Source of the DNA: a bacterium
GTDB taxonomy: Bacteria; Sumerlaeota; Sumerlaeia; MVZB01
Assembly (NCBI GenBank): GCA_021372575.1
Contig: JAJFUE010000185.1
Span: forward strand, 14,018-78,017
DNA length: 64,000 bases
Reading direction: 5' to 3'
Position 1 is the first letter of the stretch; every line of letters starts with the position of its first letter. The translations under genes were made by a program, and so were the position numbers. This document shows, piece after piece, positions 18,831 to 28,745 of this stretch. Under the pieces are notes generated by a model, which ran no database searches, had not been told where the DNA came from, and saw only the letters and a program-made list of their open reading frames with translations.

Positions 18831-19264
18831 TGTGGCCATCCACAAGCGTTCACTTCAGGAAGGGCGGCTTCACGCTTATTGAAATCATGCTCGTGGTAAT
18901 CATCATCGGCATCCTTGCCTCGATGGTGATCGCGAATTTCGGCGGCATGTCAACTGAGGCACGCAACACGCGGGCCCAGGCCGATTTGGGGCAATTGCGG
19001 ATGCAACTCGGACTTTTCGAGCAACGTTACGGCCATTACCCCACCGAGGAAGAGGGAGGATTGATGGCTTTGCTCGAGCGGCCAAGCTCGATAGATGAGG
19101 CGGACTGGCGCCGTTTCGGCGATAACGAGCCTGTCGATCCGTGGGGGAACACGTATATTTATCTGGTTGGGAACAGGCGAATTAATCCCGATCGTGATTT
19201 CAACATTTATAGCCTGGGGCCGAACGGCCAAGATGACGGGATGGCGGGTGATGATGTGAAATGA
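18827..19264 (+). CDS. gspG: T2SS major pseudopilin GspG
   Basis: KGGFTLIEIMLVVIIIGILA prepilin motif, with GspG-specific DPWGNTYIY and SLGPNGQDDGMAGDD (calcium-site region). Confidence 0.85.
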   Translation: MMWPSTSVHFRKGGFTLIEIMLVVIIIGILASMVIANFGGMSTEARNTRAQADLGQLRMQLGLFEQRYGHYPTEEEGGLMALLERPSSIDEADWRRFGDNEPVDPWGNTYIYLVGNRRINPDRDFNIYSLGPNGQDDGMAGDDVK

Positions 19265-20337
19265 GTGTTAGTTGCCCCACTCTCCAGCCGGCAGTGCGGC
19301 ATGGCCTGGTTCTGCTTACAGTCAGTTGGAGCGTTCTCCTGCTGACGCTTATTGTCCTTTATGAAATACACTCTGTCGAAATGAGGCGATCGATGCAGCG
19401 CGCTGCCAGCACAGATTTGCAACTTCGAGTCGCTCTCCTCTCCTTGGAGAATCAAATATTTGCGGCGATGGAAAACGATTCGGGGACATCCCAAAACGAT
19501 TGGGACGCCCCATCGGAAGCGTGGGGCTTGCATGCGATCCAGGAGGAGTTTGGAAAATCAATGCAGGAGGCCTACCCGGGGATCGAACTGACCGGCGAAA
19601 TTGAGGATGATGACAGCAAGGTCTCATTGAAGTCGGATGAACCTGACGCACTCCAGGCAATTTTTCAACAGATGGGGCGCGGGGAAATGGAATCGGAGCG
19701 GCTCGCGAAGGCGGTTTCAGCGTGCCTTAAAGAGAGCCCGGCTCAAGATCCCCAAGGCGAAAATGCCAAGAATGCGCCAAGTGAAACAGCCTTGCCCGAT
19801 CTTCGTTTTCTACTAAAAATCCCGAGTATTGACCATGCATTTGTTTTCGGCGAGGATTGTAATTTCAATAATAAGCTTGATGAAAACGAAAACGACGGAG
19901 CGACGAGCCGGCCGATAGACAACGGCGACGGCGTGCTGCAAAGAGGGATCGGACGCGTTCTCACGATCCATGGCGATGGCAAAATCAATCCCAACTTCGC
20001 ATCGCGCGAGGTGCTGGAAACGGTTCCCGGGATTTCCGACCGCATTGCCGAGGAAATCGTCTGGAAGCGCAACGGATCTGATGGAATCCCTGGCACCGAC
20101 GATGATTATGTTTTCCAGAAGGTTGAGGACCTGAAAGAACTGCGCTCGATCTCCAAAATTGACGAACTTGAATACAACAAGATGACTCCCAAGATGCGTG
20201 TGACAAGTAATACATTCACGCTGCGCCTTTGTGCAACCCACCTTCGCTCCATGCAGCGCCACCGCATCCAGATGGTCGTGAAACGGGGCAAGGGGAAGAT
20301 AACCGTTTTGAGTTGTCTGGAGGATTTTGGCTCGTGA
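19261..20337 (+). CDS. gspK: T2SS minor pseudopilin GspK
   Basis: Hydrophobic N-terminal helix lacking Glu5. GspK-type helix-hairpin-helix region INPNFASREVLETVPGISDRIAEEI. Confidence 0.7.
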   Translation: MSVSCPTLQPAVRHGLVLLTVSWSVLLLTLIVLYEIHSVEMRRSMQRAASTDLQLRVALLSLENQIFAAMENDSGTSQNDWDAPSEAWGLHAIQEEFGKSMQEAYPGIELTGEIEDDDSKVSLKSDEPDALQAIFQQMGRGEMESERLAKAVSACLKESPAQDPQGENAKNAPSETALPDLRFLLKIPSIDHAFVFGEDCNFNNKLDENENDGATSRPIDNGDGVLQRGIGRVLTIHGDGKINPNFASREVLETVPGISDRIAEEIVWKRNGSDGIPGTDDDYVFQKVEDLKELRSISKIDELEYNKMTPKMRVTSNTFTLRLCATHLRSMQRHRIQMVVKRGKGKITVLSCLEDFGS

Positions 20338-21761
20338 ACGGAAAACCGCTGCAATTCTTTCTATTCCGCGGGGACGATTTGCTCGTCGTGGATGCGTCCT
20401 ATCGCAACCGCGCGTGGGATGTCATCCGTGCCGAGCGAATCGAGAATGTAGGCGCCTTGTCTGGTGAGGAACTGACGGCCAGCATTCGCGGGCAGGCGTC
20501 CGCGCGCAGAAAAGACACCCAGGCGCGTCATTCGATTCTTGTCCTCGAGCGTACCGAGCTTGCACTGCTGAATCTGGCGTTCCCCAGGGGGGGAGCGGAA
20601 GAGACGGCAGCGATGCTTGAGCTCGAACTCGACCGCCAATTGCCGCTCGAAGCACAAAAGCTTTGCTATGGCCATGCGAAACACTCAGGCGATGGAGAGG
20701 ATCTCGTTCAGGTTTATTGGTCGCCGCTCGATAGAATCGAACCCCTCCTTTCGAAGCTCAAATCGGCGGAAATCGAGGTCGATGAAATCTGCCCCGCGAT
20801 GGCGTTCTACCGGTGGATTTCGGCGGATGCGGCGCCGAACGCATCATTTAATACCCAGTTGTTCATTCATGCAGGCCATATCGAATTGATCCATTGGTCG
20901 GCCCCCGGCATCGTCGGATTCAGCCGATTCTCGTCCGATTCCGAGATTGAACGTTCGCTAACGGCTTTGATTGAACACCGAAACGACGCAAGCCCGATTT
21001 CGTTGTATTCGCCGGAAGCGCAAAAGCAATCCATTTCAGGGCTGTTTGCCGCTATGGGACTGCGGTCAGTCCATGCGATCACGAGATTCGAATGGGCAAC
21101 GAATTTGACGGATGACGAACAGATTGAATTCCTGCCGATTCTCGCAGTGCTCAATGCAATCGACGCGGACTCCCTTTCATCCGGATCGCCTCGACTGACC
21201 TCAACGCTAAACATGCTGCCACGCAGCATCGAGGTTCAGCGTCAGCGGCGCCAGCGGCGCAGGAACATGATTCAGACTGGCGTGCTGGCGCTCCTGTTCG
21301 CAGTGTTGGGAGTTGCCAATCTGATGCTTTACATGAATCGGCTAGCGACGCAAATTAATGCGAACACCGAAGAGATAAAACGTTTGACGCCGGAAGCCAA
21401 ACAAGTCGAAGCGATGGAGGAGCGGATTGCATCAATCCGGAGACAGATCAATTACGTGATTACGCCGATCGAGGCGCTCGGCACCGTCAACAAAGTCCTC
21501 TCCGACCAGGCCGGTCGGCTTGAGGGCCTTTTCCTTGATCATTTTGATTACACGGAAGTCGGGCTCATCACGCTGGAGGGGCATTCAACCAACGATATCA
21601 CCCCATGGTCGTTTGCCGAAGCTCTCGACAAAACCGGGAAATTCAAAATAGTCCAAAAACCCAGGATCGAAATGCACCCATACGGCGAAACACGTGCCAT
21701 TCGTTTTCAACTGAGCTGTCAGGCCCTAACACCTTCAACGAAGGGAGTCGCAACCGAATGA
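20334..21761 (+). CDS. GspL-like assembly protein (PilM-like cytoplasmic domain, TM, PilN-like periplasmic domain)
   Basis: GTGA overlap with gspK. A single TM (GVLALLFAVLGVANLMLYM) sits about two thirds of the way in, followed by a coiled coil. Position is between gspK and a GspM-like gene. Confidence 0.55.
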   Translation: MNGKPLQFFLFRGDDLLVVDASYRNRAWDVIRAERIENVGALSGEELTASIRGQASARRKDTQARHSILVLERTELALLNLAFPRGGAEETAAMLELELDRQLPLEAQKLCYGHAKHSGDGEDLVQVYWSPLDRIEPLLSKLKSAEIEVDEICPAMAFYRWISADAAPNASFNTQLFIHAGHIELIHWSAPGIVGFSRFSSDSEIERSLTALIEHRNDASPISLYSPEAQKQSISGLFAAMGLRSVHAITRFEWATNLTDDEQIEFLPILAVLNAIDADSLSSGSPRLTSTLNMLPRSIEVQRQRRQRRRNMIQTGVLALLFAVLGVANLMLYMNRLATQINANTEEIKRLTPEAKQVEAMEERIASIRRQINYVITPIEALGTVNKVLSDQAGRLEGLFLDHFDYTEVGLITLEGHSTNDITPWSFAEALDKTGKFKIVQKPRIEMHPYGETRAIRFQLSCQALTPSTKGVATE

Positions 21762-22303
21762 TTGGCCGGCTAACTCCCCGCGAGCGGAGAATCATGCTCT
21801 TGACGGTGCTGATCGCGGTCATTGCCGCAGTGCAGATCGCAATCATCCGGCCGGCTGTGGCCCAGTTTCGCCATGTACGCGCCAAGGCAAGCATTTCCGC
21901 CCAGGATCTCTCCCGCTTGAAGAACGTGCTGTCGAATCGTGAAAAAGTCGAAGCCGCATATGAGACGGTTCGCAACCGGATCACCTCCAACAAAACGCCT
22001 GAACGGGAAATCATTGATATCCTGCAATCTGTGCAGCAGGCGGCCGAAGACAGCAAAATCGAGATCCTGCTCAACGTCCACTCCAAGGATGAACCGCTGG
22101 AATACTTCAACATCCACACGATTCAGTTCCAGGGTCGTGGCGAGCTGCCCCAGTTCTTGCAGATGCTTGGGCGTTTGCAGGATCCGCAACTCGGGCTCAA
22201 AGTCACGAACATGAAATTCGTCGTTAAGAATTTCAAACTGGAGGCGGAATTGACCCTGACGCGCGTCGTATATTCCGCTGCGCCGGAAGGAGCGGCCGAA
22301 TGA
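21758..22303 (+). CDS. GspM/PilO-like bitopic protein
   Basis: ATGA overlap with the upstream gene. N-terminal TM RIMLLTVLIAVIAAVQIAII followed by a coiled coil and an alpha/beta domain. Gene order supports the call. Confidence 0.5.
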   Translation: MIGRLTPRERRIMLLTVLIAVIAAVQIAIIRPAVAQFRHVRAKASISAQDLSRLKNVLSNREKVEAAYETVRNRITSNKTPEREIIDILQSVQQAAEDSKIEILLNVHSKDEPLEYFNIHTIQFQGRGELPQFLQMLGRLQDPQLGLKVTNMKFVVKNFKLEAELTLTRVVYSAAPEGAAE

Positions 22304-22752
22304 ACTTGATCTTCTTTCAACGTTCGAAGTTGGCGCTGACCGTTCTGGTCATCGGATTGGCTTCGCTGCTGGTCTGGGGTTCGGCGGGGAATCTCTACCA
22401 GGTCAAATCAAGTCCGCTGCGGCGGCCTGTTGCCAATCTGGATGATCCGCAGGGCGATGCCGTTCCAGACGTTCAGAAGTATATCGGGGTGGCGCAGCAG
22501 CGCGAAATGTTCAAGCAGAGTGTCATCTACGAGACCAAGAAAGGTCCCGCCGTGAACATCCTGGAAGGCATTCAGTTCCTGGGCGTCACCAAGCACGGCG
22601 CTTCAATTCGGGCCATCTTATTCAATAGCAAGAACGGAATCTCAACTTCCTATGCGCCGGGCGAAATGATTGGCGATTTAAAAATAAATGAGATCCGCAC
22701 CGATCGGGTCGTTCTGAGCCACGGTGCCGAGACTTTGGAACTGATTCGCTGA
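22300..22752 (+). CDS. GspC/PilP-like protein
   Basis: N-terminal TM, then a small beta domain ending GEMIGDLKINEIRTDRVVLSHGAETLEL (HR/PilP-like). It lies immediately upstream of the secretin gene. Confidence 0.5.
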   Translation: MNLIFFQRSKLALTVLVIGLASLLVWGSAGNLYQVKSSPLRRPVANLDDPQGDAVPDVQKYIGVAQQREMFKQSVIYETKKGPAVNILEGIQFLGVTKHGASIRAILFNSKNGISTSYAPGEMIGDLKINEIRTDRVVLSHGAETLELIR

Positions 22753-22778
22753 CATTCTGCGATTTTTAAGACAGGGGA

Positions 22779-24986
22779 ATGAGCAAGATGCATCCGACCC
22801 AGCTTTCAATTCGGCTTTACCGCAACATTTTTCTGATTGCGATCTTTGCCGGAATAACGATTCCCGCTACCGCGGCATCGGGCGACCCGGAAAACCAGCC
22901 TGCATGGAAAAGTGTCGCCGAAACCAAAGATGACTCGCGAGTCGATTTGAAATTAAACAATCAACCCATTGAAATGGCCGTATCCATTTTATCGGATGCG
23001 TTGAAACGCACCATCCTCGTGGGTGATAACCTGAGGCAACGGCCGGTTTCCGTTTACTTTCAGAACGTCCCGGTCGAGGACGCGATGAAGGCGTTTTGCA
23101 CCGCGCAGCTTCTCGTTCCGATCGAGCGGAACGGCTGCATCGTACTCGTGGCACGTTCCGAGTATTTGAGCAATTATGCACCGACCCGGATTGAGACCAT
23201 CAAGAATGCCGATCCCGCCATGTTGGCCGGAGTGCTTGGCGATCTTATTCAGAAAAGTGAACTCATTCAGGTCACGTATGACGACCGGACGCGCAATCTC
23301 ATCCTGCGAGGCGATCCGGAACAAATCGAGAAGTTCAGCAAAACCGCCTCGACGCTTGACAAGGCGCTCCGCCGCGAGGTCTTTCCGGTCCGTTATGCTT
23401 CCGTGAACAATATCGCCCAGACGCTGCAGGACACGCTCTATCCAAACTCTTCCGGTCAGAGGGCGGGAGGATCGTCCGGCAATGGCGGCGGGGGGCGCGC
23501 GGGGTACGGCAGCGTAATTGTCGATGAACGCTCCAACCAAGTCATTGTTTGTGAAATACCCGAAAATATCGAATGTTGCAGGTCAATTATCCAAAAGCTC
23601 GACATTCCAATTCAGACCAAAGTCTTCTCAACGGGCAACATCGACCCCAAGGTGGTTGCGGACCAAATCAAAAAAGGCGAACTCGGCGGCAGTACGAACG
23701 AGGCCGCGGGCAGCAAGACCACCGGCCAGACCTCGTCCAGTGGCTCGGGATTCAGACGCGTCAATTCGGAGGCGACCGTTCAGGTCGTCGAGGGAACGAA
23801 CCAAATCATGGTGACTGATACTCCCGAGCGCCTCGAGATCCTCGATAAAGTGATGCGCGAACTGAATCGCAATATCGAAACAATCGTCATCCAGCCGAAG
23901 AACGGACTGCCGACGGATTTGTCAGAGGTGATCAAGGGCGCCTATGCCAACCTGACTGTAGCGGTTGATATGCGTTCAAATTCTATTGTGCTTACCGGCC
24001 ATCATGACCGCGTGGAACAGGCTGCGGATTTAATCCACAAACTCGATTCACAAAAAAACATCAAGGTCGAGATCGAGTCAAAAATCATGATCGTCTCAAC
24101 CAGCAAACTCAATGACCTGGGCGTGCGGTATTTCGGCCAGGACTTGAATGGCCTGAACGAATCGCTGATGAATCTGAATATGAACTCGAATTTCCCGGCC
24201 GATTCGGTCAAGCCCCGCGGGGCGCAAATGGGCAGTGCCCCGGGATCCACTCTCGAGAATCCAACAAAGCATACCAGCAATTTCCTCGAGGCACTTCAGC
24301 CCAATGTCCAGATGCAGGCCATTGTCAAGGCGCTTGAAAGCGATGCCGATACGCAGATGCTTGCCAATCCCAGGCTGCAAATGCTCGCCGGCCAGACATC
24401 CACCTTCTTTTCCGGTTCAAAGGAACCTTACAGTGAGACCACGCTGCAAAACGACACATCCGTGCAAAACGTCAAGTTTATCGATGTTGGGGTGAAATTC
24501 GAGGTCACCCCGCTGGTCCGCCCTGATTATGGCATGACCATCGACGCAAATACTGAATTCAGCTACATGAGCGAACTGCGCAATGGCGTTCCGGTTGTTG
24601 ACACGCGCACCGCGCATTCCATTATTGAAGCGGGGCCCGGCGAAACCATCCTGCTTGGCGGACTGATCAGCAAGGAAGATTCACGGGACCATTCCGGCGT
24701 TCCGCTCCTGAGCAGAATTCCGGGCGTCAAATACCTTTTCGGATCGAAGCGGCGATCGCATGTCGATCGTGAGATGGTGATCTCGATTACGCCCCGCATC
24801 CTGAAGTCGGACTATGTCTTCACCGCGAGCGATTACAACAATATTCGTCGTTCGTTCGAAATGCCTGCGGATCCCTCAAATAGCACGACCAAGACCGGTA
24901 CAGCGAGGACCGTTCCGCCGATAAGCGGCAAACCGATCAAGCCGTCCGTCACGTTGCCAGCCCCGGTTCCGGAGAAGAAGCCATGA
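22779..24986 (+). CDS. gspD: T2SS secretin GspD
   Basis: Signal peptide and repeated N-domains. The secretin core has LANPRLQMLAGQTSTFFSGSKEPY and GVPLLSRIPGVKYLFGSKR...ISITPRIL. Confidence 0.85.
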   Translation: MSKMHPTQLSIRLYRNIFLIAIFAGITIPATAASGDPENQPAWKSVAETKDDSRVDLKLNNQPIEMAVSILSDALKRTILVGDNLRQRPVSVYFQNVPVEDAMKAFCTAQLLVPIERNGCIVLVARSEYLSNYAPTRIETIKNADPAMLAGVLGDLIQKSELIQVTYDDRTRNLILRGDPEQIEKFSKTASTLDKALRREVFPVRYASVNNIAQTLQDTLYPNSSGQRAGGSSGNGGGGRAGYGSVIVDERSNQVIVCEIPENIECCRSIIQKLDIPIQTKVFSTGNIDPKVVADQIKKGELGGSTNEAAGSKTTGQTSSSGSGFRRVNSEATVQVVEGTNQIMVTDTPERLEILDKVMRELNRNIETIVIQPKNGLPTDLSEVIKGAYANLTVAVDMRSNSIVLTGHHDRVEQAADLIHKLDSQKNIKVEIESKIMIVSTSKLNDLGVRYFGQDLNGLNESLMNLNMNSNFPADSVKPRGAQMGSAPGSTLENPTKHTSNFLEALQPNVQMQAIVKALESDADTQMLANPRLQMLAGQTSTFFSGSKEPYSETTLQNDTSVQNVKFIDVGVKFEVTPLVRPDYGMTIDANTEFSYMSELRNGVPVVDTRTAHSIIEAGPGETILLGGLISKEDSRDHSGVPLLSRIPGVKYLFGSKRRSHVDREMVISITPRILKSDYVFTASDYNNIRRSFEMPADPSNSTTKTGTARTVPPISGKPIKPSVTLPAPVPEKKP

Positions 24987-26704
24987 TCTCCGAATCAACA
25001 CGAATATCTGACGGAATGATACGGCAAACTGGAGATTTGCTGGTTCAGAAGGATTGCATTTCGATTGATGAATTAAACCGAGGGCTCCACGAGCAAAAGC
25101 AATCCGGCGGCCACCTTGGAGAAATCCTGTATAGGTTAAGCCGCAATGAGAAACCGGAAATCATGGCGGTTGTCGCCGACAAGCTTGGCTGCCGTTGGGT
25201 GCGCCCAGATCAGATCGAGATCGAACCCGAACTGATCGCCAGATTTCCGGCCCGGCTTGCCAACCACTACCATGCCATCCCTGTGGGTATGGATGGCCCT
25301 CGGCTTGTGATCGCCCATTCGGAGCCGCAAAAGCTCGAAATCAAGGATGAGATCGAACTGCTTATTAACTGCCCTGTATGCATGGCCCTTGCGACCCGCC
25401 AGCATATCGACGAAGCCATTCGGCGTCATTATGGGGTCGGCGCCGAGACCCTCGAGGAAATGCAATCCGAAAATGACCCGGTGCTAGAACTCGAGGGAAG
25501 CGATCTCCATTCTCTCGACGAAGGCGCCGATGAGGCCTCGATCATTCGGTTCGTGAACCAGATCATCCTGGAGGCGCATCGGCTTACGGCGACCGACATC
25601 CATTTTGAGCCGGGCGATGAGTCGTTCAGAATCCGCTACCGCATCGATGGCATGCTCGAGCCGATTCACCTGCCCATCCATGTTCGCCAGTATCAAAATG
25701 CGATCATTTCGCGCATCAAGGTGATGGCGCGCCTGAATATCTCCGAACAGCGCCTCCCCCAGGACGGCCGCATTCAAGTCCGCTTGCACGATGAAAGTCT
25801 GGATCTTCGCGTCTCGGTACTGCCCACACCGAAAGGCGAGGCGCTCAACCTGCGTCTTCTTCGCCGCGCGAGCCTTCACCTGGGCCTTCATCAACTGGGA
25901 TTCGAAGACCACCATTTGAAAACCATTTCCGCCGCGGCGAACCGCCCGAACGGAATCATCATCGTTACAGGTCCGACCGGTTCAGGAAAGACCACAACGC
26001 TTTACGCGCTTCTCGACCAAATCAATTCACTCAATAAAAAAATCATTACCATCGAGGACCCGATTGAGTACCAATTGGCCGGCGTTCTTCAGATGCAGGT
26101 GCACGAGGAGATAGGATTCACGTTTGCGCGCGCTCTTCGCTCGATTCTTCGCCATGACCCAGACGTAGTGCTTGTCGGTGAAATCCGGGATGCCGAAACC
26201 GCCGAAATCGCCATTCGAATGGCGATGACCGGTCATTTGGTGTTTTCAACGCTGCACACGAACGATGCGGCTTCGACAATCGTTCGACTTCTCGACATGA
26301 ACCTGGAGCCCTATCTGCTGGCATCCACGATTCACTGCGTGATTGCCCAGCGCCTTGTGCGATTGAATTGCCCGCACTGCCGGGTGCCCTACCCCGTCGA
26401 TGCCGCGATCATCGAGGCCTTCTCAACTCTTGGCCTAGAGATGCCGAAGCACTTCTATCGCGGCCAAGGCTGCGAAACTTGCCGCCGCTCGGGTTTTATC
26501 GGTCGAACATCGATCCAGGAAGTCTATCCCCTCGATGAGGATTTCGGCGCATTGATTCTCGAACAAGCGCCCGCATCCAAATTCCGGGCGCTCGCGCGGA
26601 GAAAAAATATTCGCATGATGGCTGAGGAAGGCTGGCAGCTTGTTCTGGCCGGCCGCACGACGACAGAGGAAATCCTCCGCGTCACCCAGGCAGTCGAGAC
26701 GTAA
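24983..26704 (+). CDS. gspE: T2SS ATPase GspE
   Basis: MshEN-like N-domain. Walker A GPTGSGKTTTLYA, Walker B/Asp box, the His box, and tetra-Cys CPHC...CETC. Confidence 0.9.
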   Translation: MISESTRISDGMIRQTGDLLVQKDCISIDELNRGLHEQKQSGGHLGEILYRLSRNEKPEIMAVVADKLGCRWVRPDQIEIEPELIARFPARLANHYHAIPVGMDGPRLVIAHSEPQKLEIKDEIELLINCPVCMALATRQHIDEAIRRHYGVGAETLEEMQSENDPVLELEGSDLHSLDEGADEASIIRFVNQIILEAHRLTATDIHFEPGDESFRIRYRIDGMLEPIHLPIHVRQYQNAIISRIKVMARLNISEQRLPQDGRIQVRLHDESLDLRVSVLPTPKGEALNLRLLRRASLHLGLHQLGFEDHHLKTISAAANRPNGIIIVTGPTGSGKTTTLYALLDQINSLNKKIITIEDPIEYQLAGVLQMQVHEEIGFTFARALRSILRHDPDVVLVGEIRDAETAEIAIRMAMTGHLVFSTLHTNDAASTIVRLLDMNLEPYLLASTIHCVIAQRLVRLNCPHCRVPYPVDAAIIEAFSTLGLEMPKHFYRGQGCETCRRSGFIGRTSIQEVYPLDEDFGALILEQAPASKFRALARRKNIRMMAEEGWQLVLAGRTTTEEILRVTQAVET

Positions 26705-26721
26705 AAAGGTGCTCAAGACGA

Positions 26722-27942
26722 ATGCCTATCTATAAGGCCATTGTCAAAAATACCGCCGGCTACAATGTCCAAATCGAGCGACCTGCTTCCTCAAGGAAAG
26801 CCCTGATGGAAGCGCTCCGTGCCGAAGGCCTGTTTCCGCTCAGCATTGACGAACCAGGCGCAGGCACGGCCGATAGCCTTGCTCGCAGCTCCGGCCGTTC
26901 CAAAAAACCTCGCCGCCGCCAGGTTCTCATGTTCATGAAAAATCTGGCCCGCCTGCTCAAGGCGGGAATGGATCTCGAGCGGGCATTGGCAACGCTTGCC
27001 AGGGAAGACAATGGAACCGCCGCGCTTCCGGTCGAGCGGATCGCCGAGCGTGTGCGCCACGGCGACTCGCTCTCGGTCGCAATGGAATCGCTCGATGTCT
27101 TTACCCCTTTCCAGATTAACATCATTCGCGCCGGCGAATTCGGCGGTAATCTGGACGCCGCACTCCAGCGAATCGCCTCGGCGATTGAACGCGAACTGGA
27201 GCTTCGAAGCAAAGTCATCCAGGCCACCGCATACCCGCTTTTCCTGATCTGCTTTGGATTGCTCTCACTGCTGATCATGATGATTTTCATCATGCCGCGT
27301 TTCTTCAAAGTTTATGACGAAATGCATGTTCGCCTACCGATGCTCACGCACATCGTCCTGACTGCGAGTTCGATCCTTCATGCCAACGCGTTTTGGCTGG
27401 TGCCGATGGTCGGCTTCGCCGGATTTTTCGGGATTCGCCAGTTGCTGCACTTGTCCGAAAACGAATCGCTTGACCGCTTGCGCTTCAAATTGCCCCTGTT
27501 CGGCCCACTCATGTTCCAGATGCAGATTCTGAATTTTCTGCGCACGCTGGGTTTACTGGTCCAGAGTGGAATCCCGGTCGCCCAGTCGCTTGCGCTTTTG
27601 ACCAAAATTGCCGGCAGCGCGGTTTTCTCGAAAATAGCGAATGAAATCGAGCAGGGAATTCGTAATGGAAGTCGTCTATCCCAGGAACTTCGCCGCAGCA
27701 ACCTGTTTGGTGAATCGATTGTCAACCTCGTCGCGGTCGGTGAAGAGTCCGGCCATCTCGAATCCATGCTGATCGAAATTTCATGTGATCTCGAAAGGCG
27801 GATCGATGAGTTGATCAAAAACGTTCTCACATTCCTCGAGCCCATTCTCATTCTCGCCGTGGGCGCAATTATCGGCCTCATCGTGATGTCCATGCTCCTG
27901 CCGATTTTCAGCCTGAGCGCCAATCTTCGGGCGGGCGGGTGA
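26722..27942 (+). CDS. gspF: T2SS inner-membrane platform protein GspF
   Basis: Two repeated GspF-type cytoplasmic domains with three TM segments. Size (~400 aa) and position after gspE fit. Confidence 0.85.
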   Translation: MPIYKAIVKNTAGYNVQIERPASSRKALMEALRAEGLFPLSIDEPGAGTADSLARSSGRSKKPRRRQVLMFMKNLARLLKAGMDLERALATLAREDNGTAALPVERIAERVRHGDSLSVAMESLDVFTPFQINIIRAGEFGGNLDAALQRIASAIERELELRSKVIQATAYPLFLICFGLLSLLIMMIFIMPRFFKVYDEMHVRLPMLTHIVLTASSILHANAFWLVPMVGFAGFFGIRQLLHLSENESLDRLRFKLPLFGPLMFQMQILNFLRTLGLLVQSGIPVAQSLALLTKIAGSAVFSKIANEIEQGIRNGSRLSQELRRSNLFGESIVNLVAVGEESGHLESMLIEISCDLERRIDELIKNVLTFLEPILILAVGAIIGLIVMSMLLPIFSLSANLRAGG

Positions 27943-28391
27943 TAGCGATGCGGCGCCGTGTCGGATTCACACTCATCGAGATCATGCTGGTCATGCTCAT
28001 TCTTTCGCTGTTGACGGGAGTCGCCATGACCAGGATGAAAGCGGCTTTTGATGACGCCGCATTGAGCACCGACGCGCAACGGATTGAAAAGCTGATTCAG
28101 GTCGCTCGTAAACGCGCACGACTGGAAAACAAGATCTACCGGATCAGCATCGATCAGAATAATTCCAGCTACACCATGGAACATGCCGCCGCCGCCGAGG
28201 GCACGTTCAAGCATCCTTCTGATATTGATTACGAATATACGCTTTCGGTCGGGGTCACATTTGCTGAGGTGCGCGCAATCAGGGCCAACCAAACACAGCA
28301 TGAATCGATCTATGCCTACCCGGATGGGCAATATGATCCGCTGGCCATCACCCTTATCAACTCCGCCGGCGACACTCGAATCATCGACTGA
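27939..28391 (+). CDS. T2SS minor pseudopilin, GspH-like
   Basis: RRVGFTLIEIMLVMLILSLLTG is a canonical prepilin motif. About 145 aa. GTGA overlap with gspF; an alternative ATG is at 27948. Confidence 0.65.
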   Translation: MIAMRRRVGFTLIEIMLVMLILSLLTGVAMTRMKAAFDDAALSTDAQRIEKLIQVARKRARLENKIYRISIDQNNSSYTMEHAAAAEGTFKHPSDIDYEYTLSVGVTFAEVRAIRANQTQHESIYAYPDGQYDPLAITLINSAGDTRIID

Positions 28392-28489
28392 ACCAGTTAT
28401 TTTGCACATCCAGATCATGAATATGCGCGGTAAAAACCAGCGCATATCGGCCTAGCTGTTCAATAAATCTGAAAATATTTTCACTTCCG

Positions 28490-28516
28490 ATGTTAGATTC
28501 CGCATCCAATCGACAT
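28490..28516 (+). promoter_or_regulatory. ECF-type promoter candidate ATGTTA-N14-TCGACAT (third copy)
   Basis: Same bipartite motif as the two copies upstream of the anti-sigma genes, here on the plus strand 229 nt upstream of the ATG at 28746. Confidence 0.4.
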
Positions 28517-28745
28517 TCATATTCAGAAGGGAAAGCGCATCTTGGAACTGTGCTTTCCACCCCTCCTTGAGACAGTTCAATGTGGTGTCCGTATTCGACG
28601 ACCGCATTCGAATCTTGTCGCGATGGAGGATTCGTGAAAGGAGGTGAACATCAAACAAGCATATCTATCACGGGTCGAGGTTTGGCAATGTTGACAGGGA
28701 ACATTAAACCTGTGTCAGTTTTGTAAGAAAGAAAGGTTGGAGTAT

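Noticed and set aside
27378-28445. A 355-aa minus-strand ORF across gspF/gspH, and similar shadows at 34653-35783 (-), 42984-44435 (+), 33590-34024 (+) and 3815-4584 (+).
   Set aside because: They lie antisense to confidently assigned genes, have no recognisable domains, and have a composition typical of antisense frames.
28551-28566. TGGAACTGTGCTTTCC, sigma54-like with correct GG-N10 spacing, upstream of the first orphan secreted gene.
   Set aside because: The -12 GC is replaced by TC and the -24 is GGAAC rather than GGCAC. That is too degenerate to call without a genome-specific model. I note only that it resembles the candidate at 52527-52542.
28452-28658. A 68-aa minus-strand ORF in the gap after the T2SS operon. 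It overlaps the third ECF-like motif.
   Set aside because: It starts with TTG, and the first ATG would leave ~51 aa. It has no SD, no motif and no signal peptide. It remains a caveat for the promoter interpretation.
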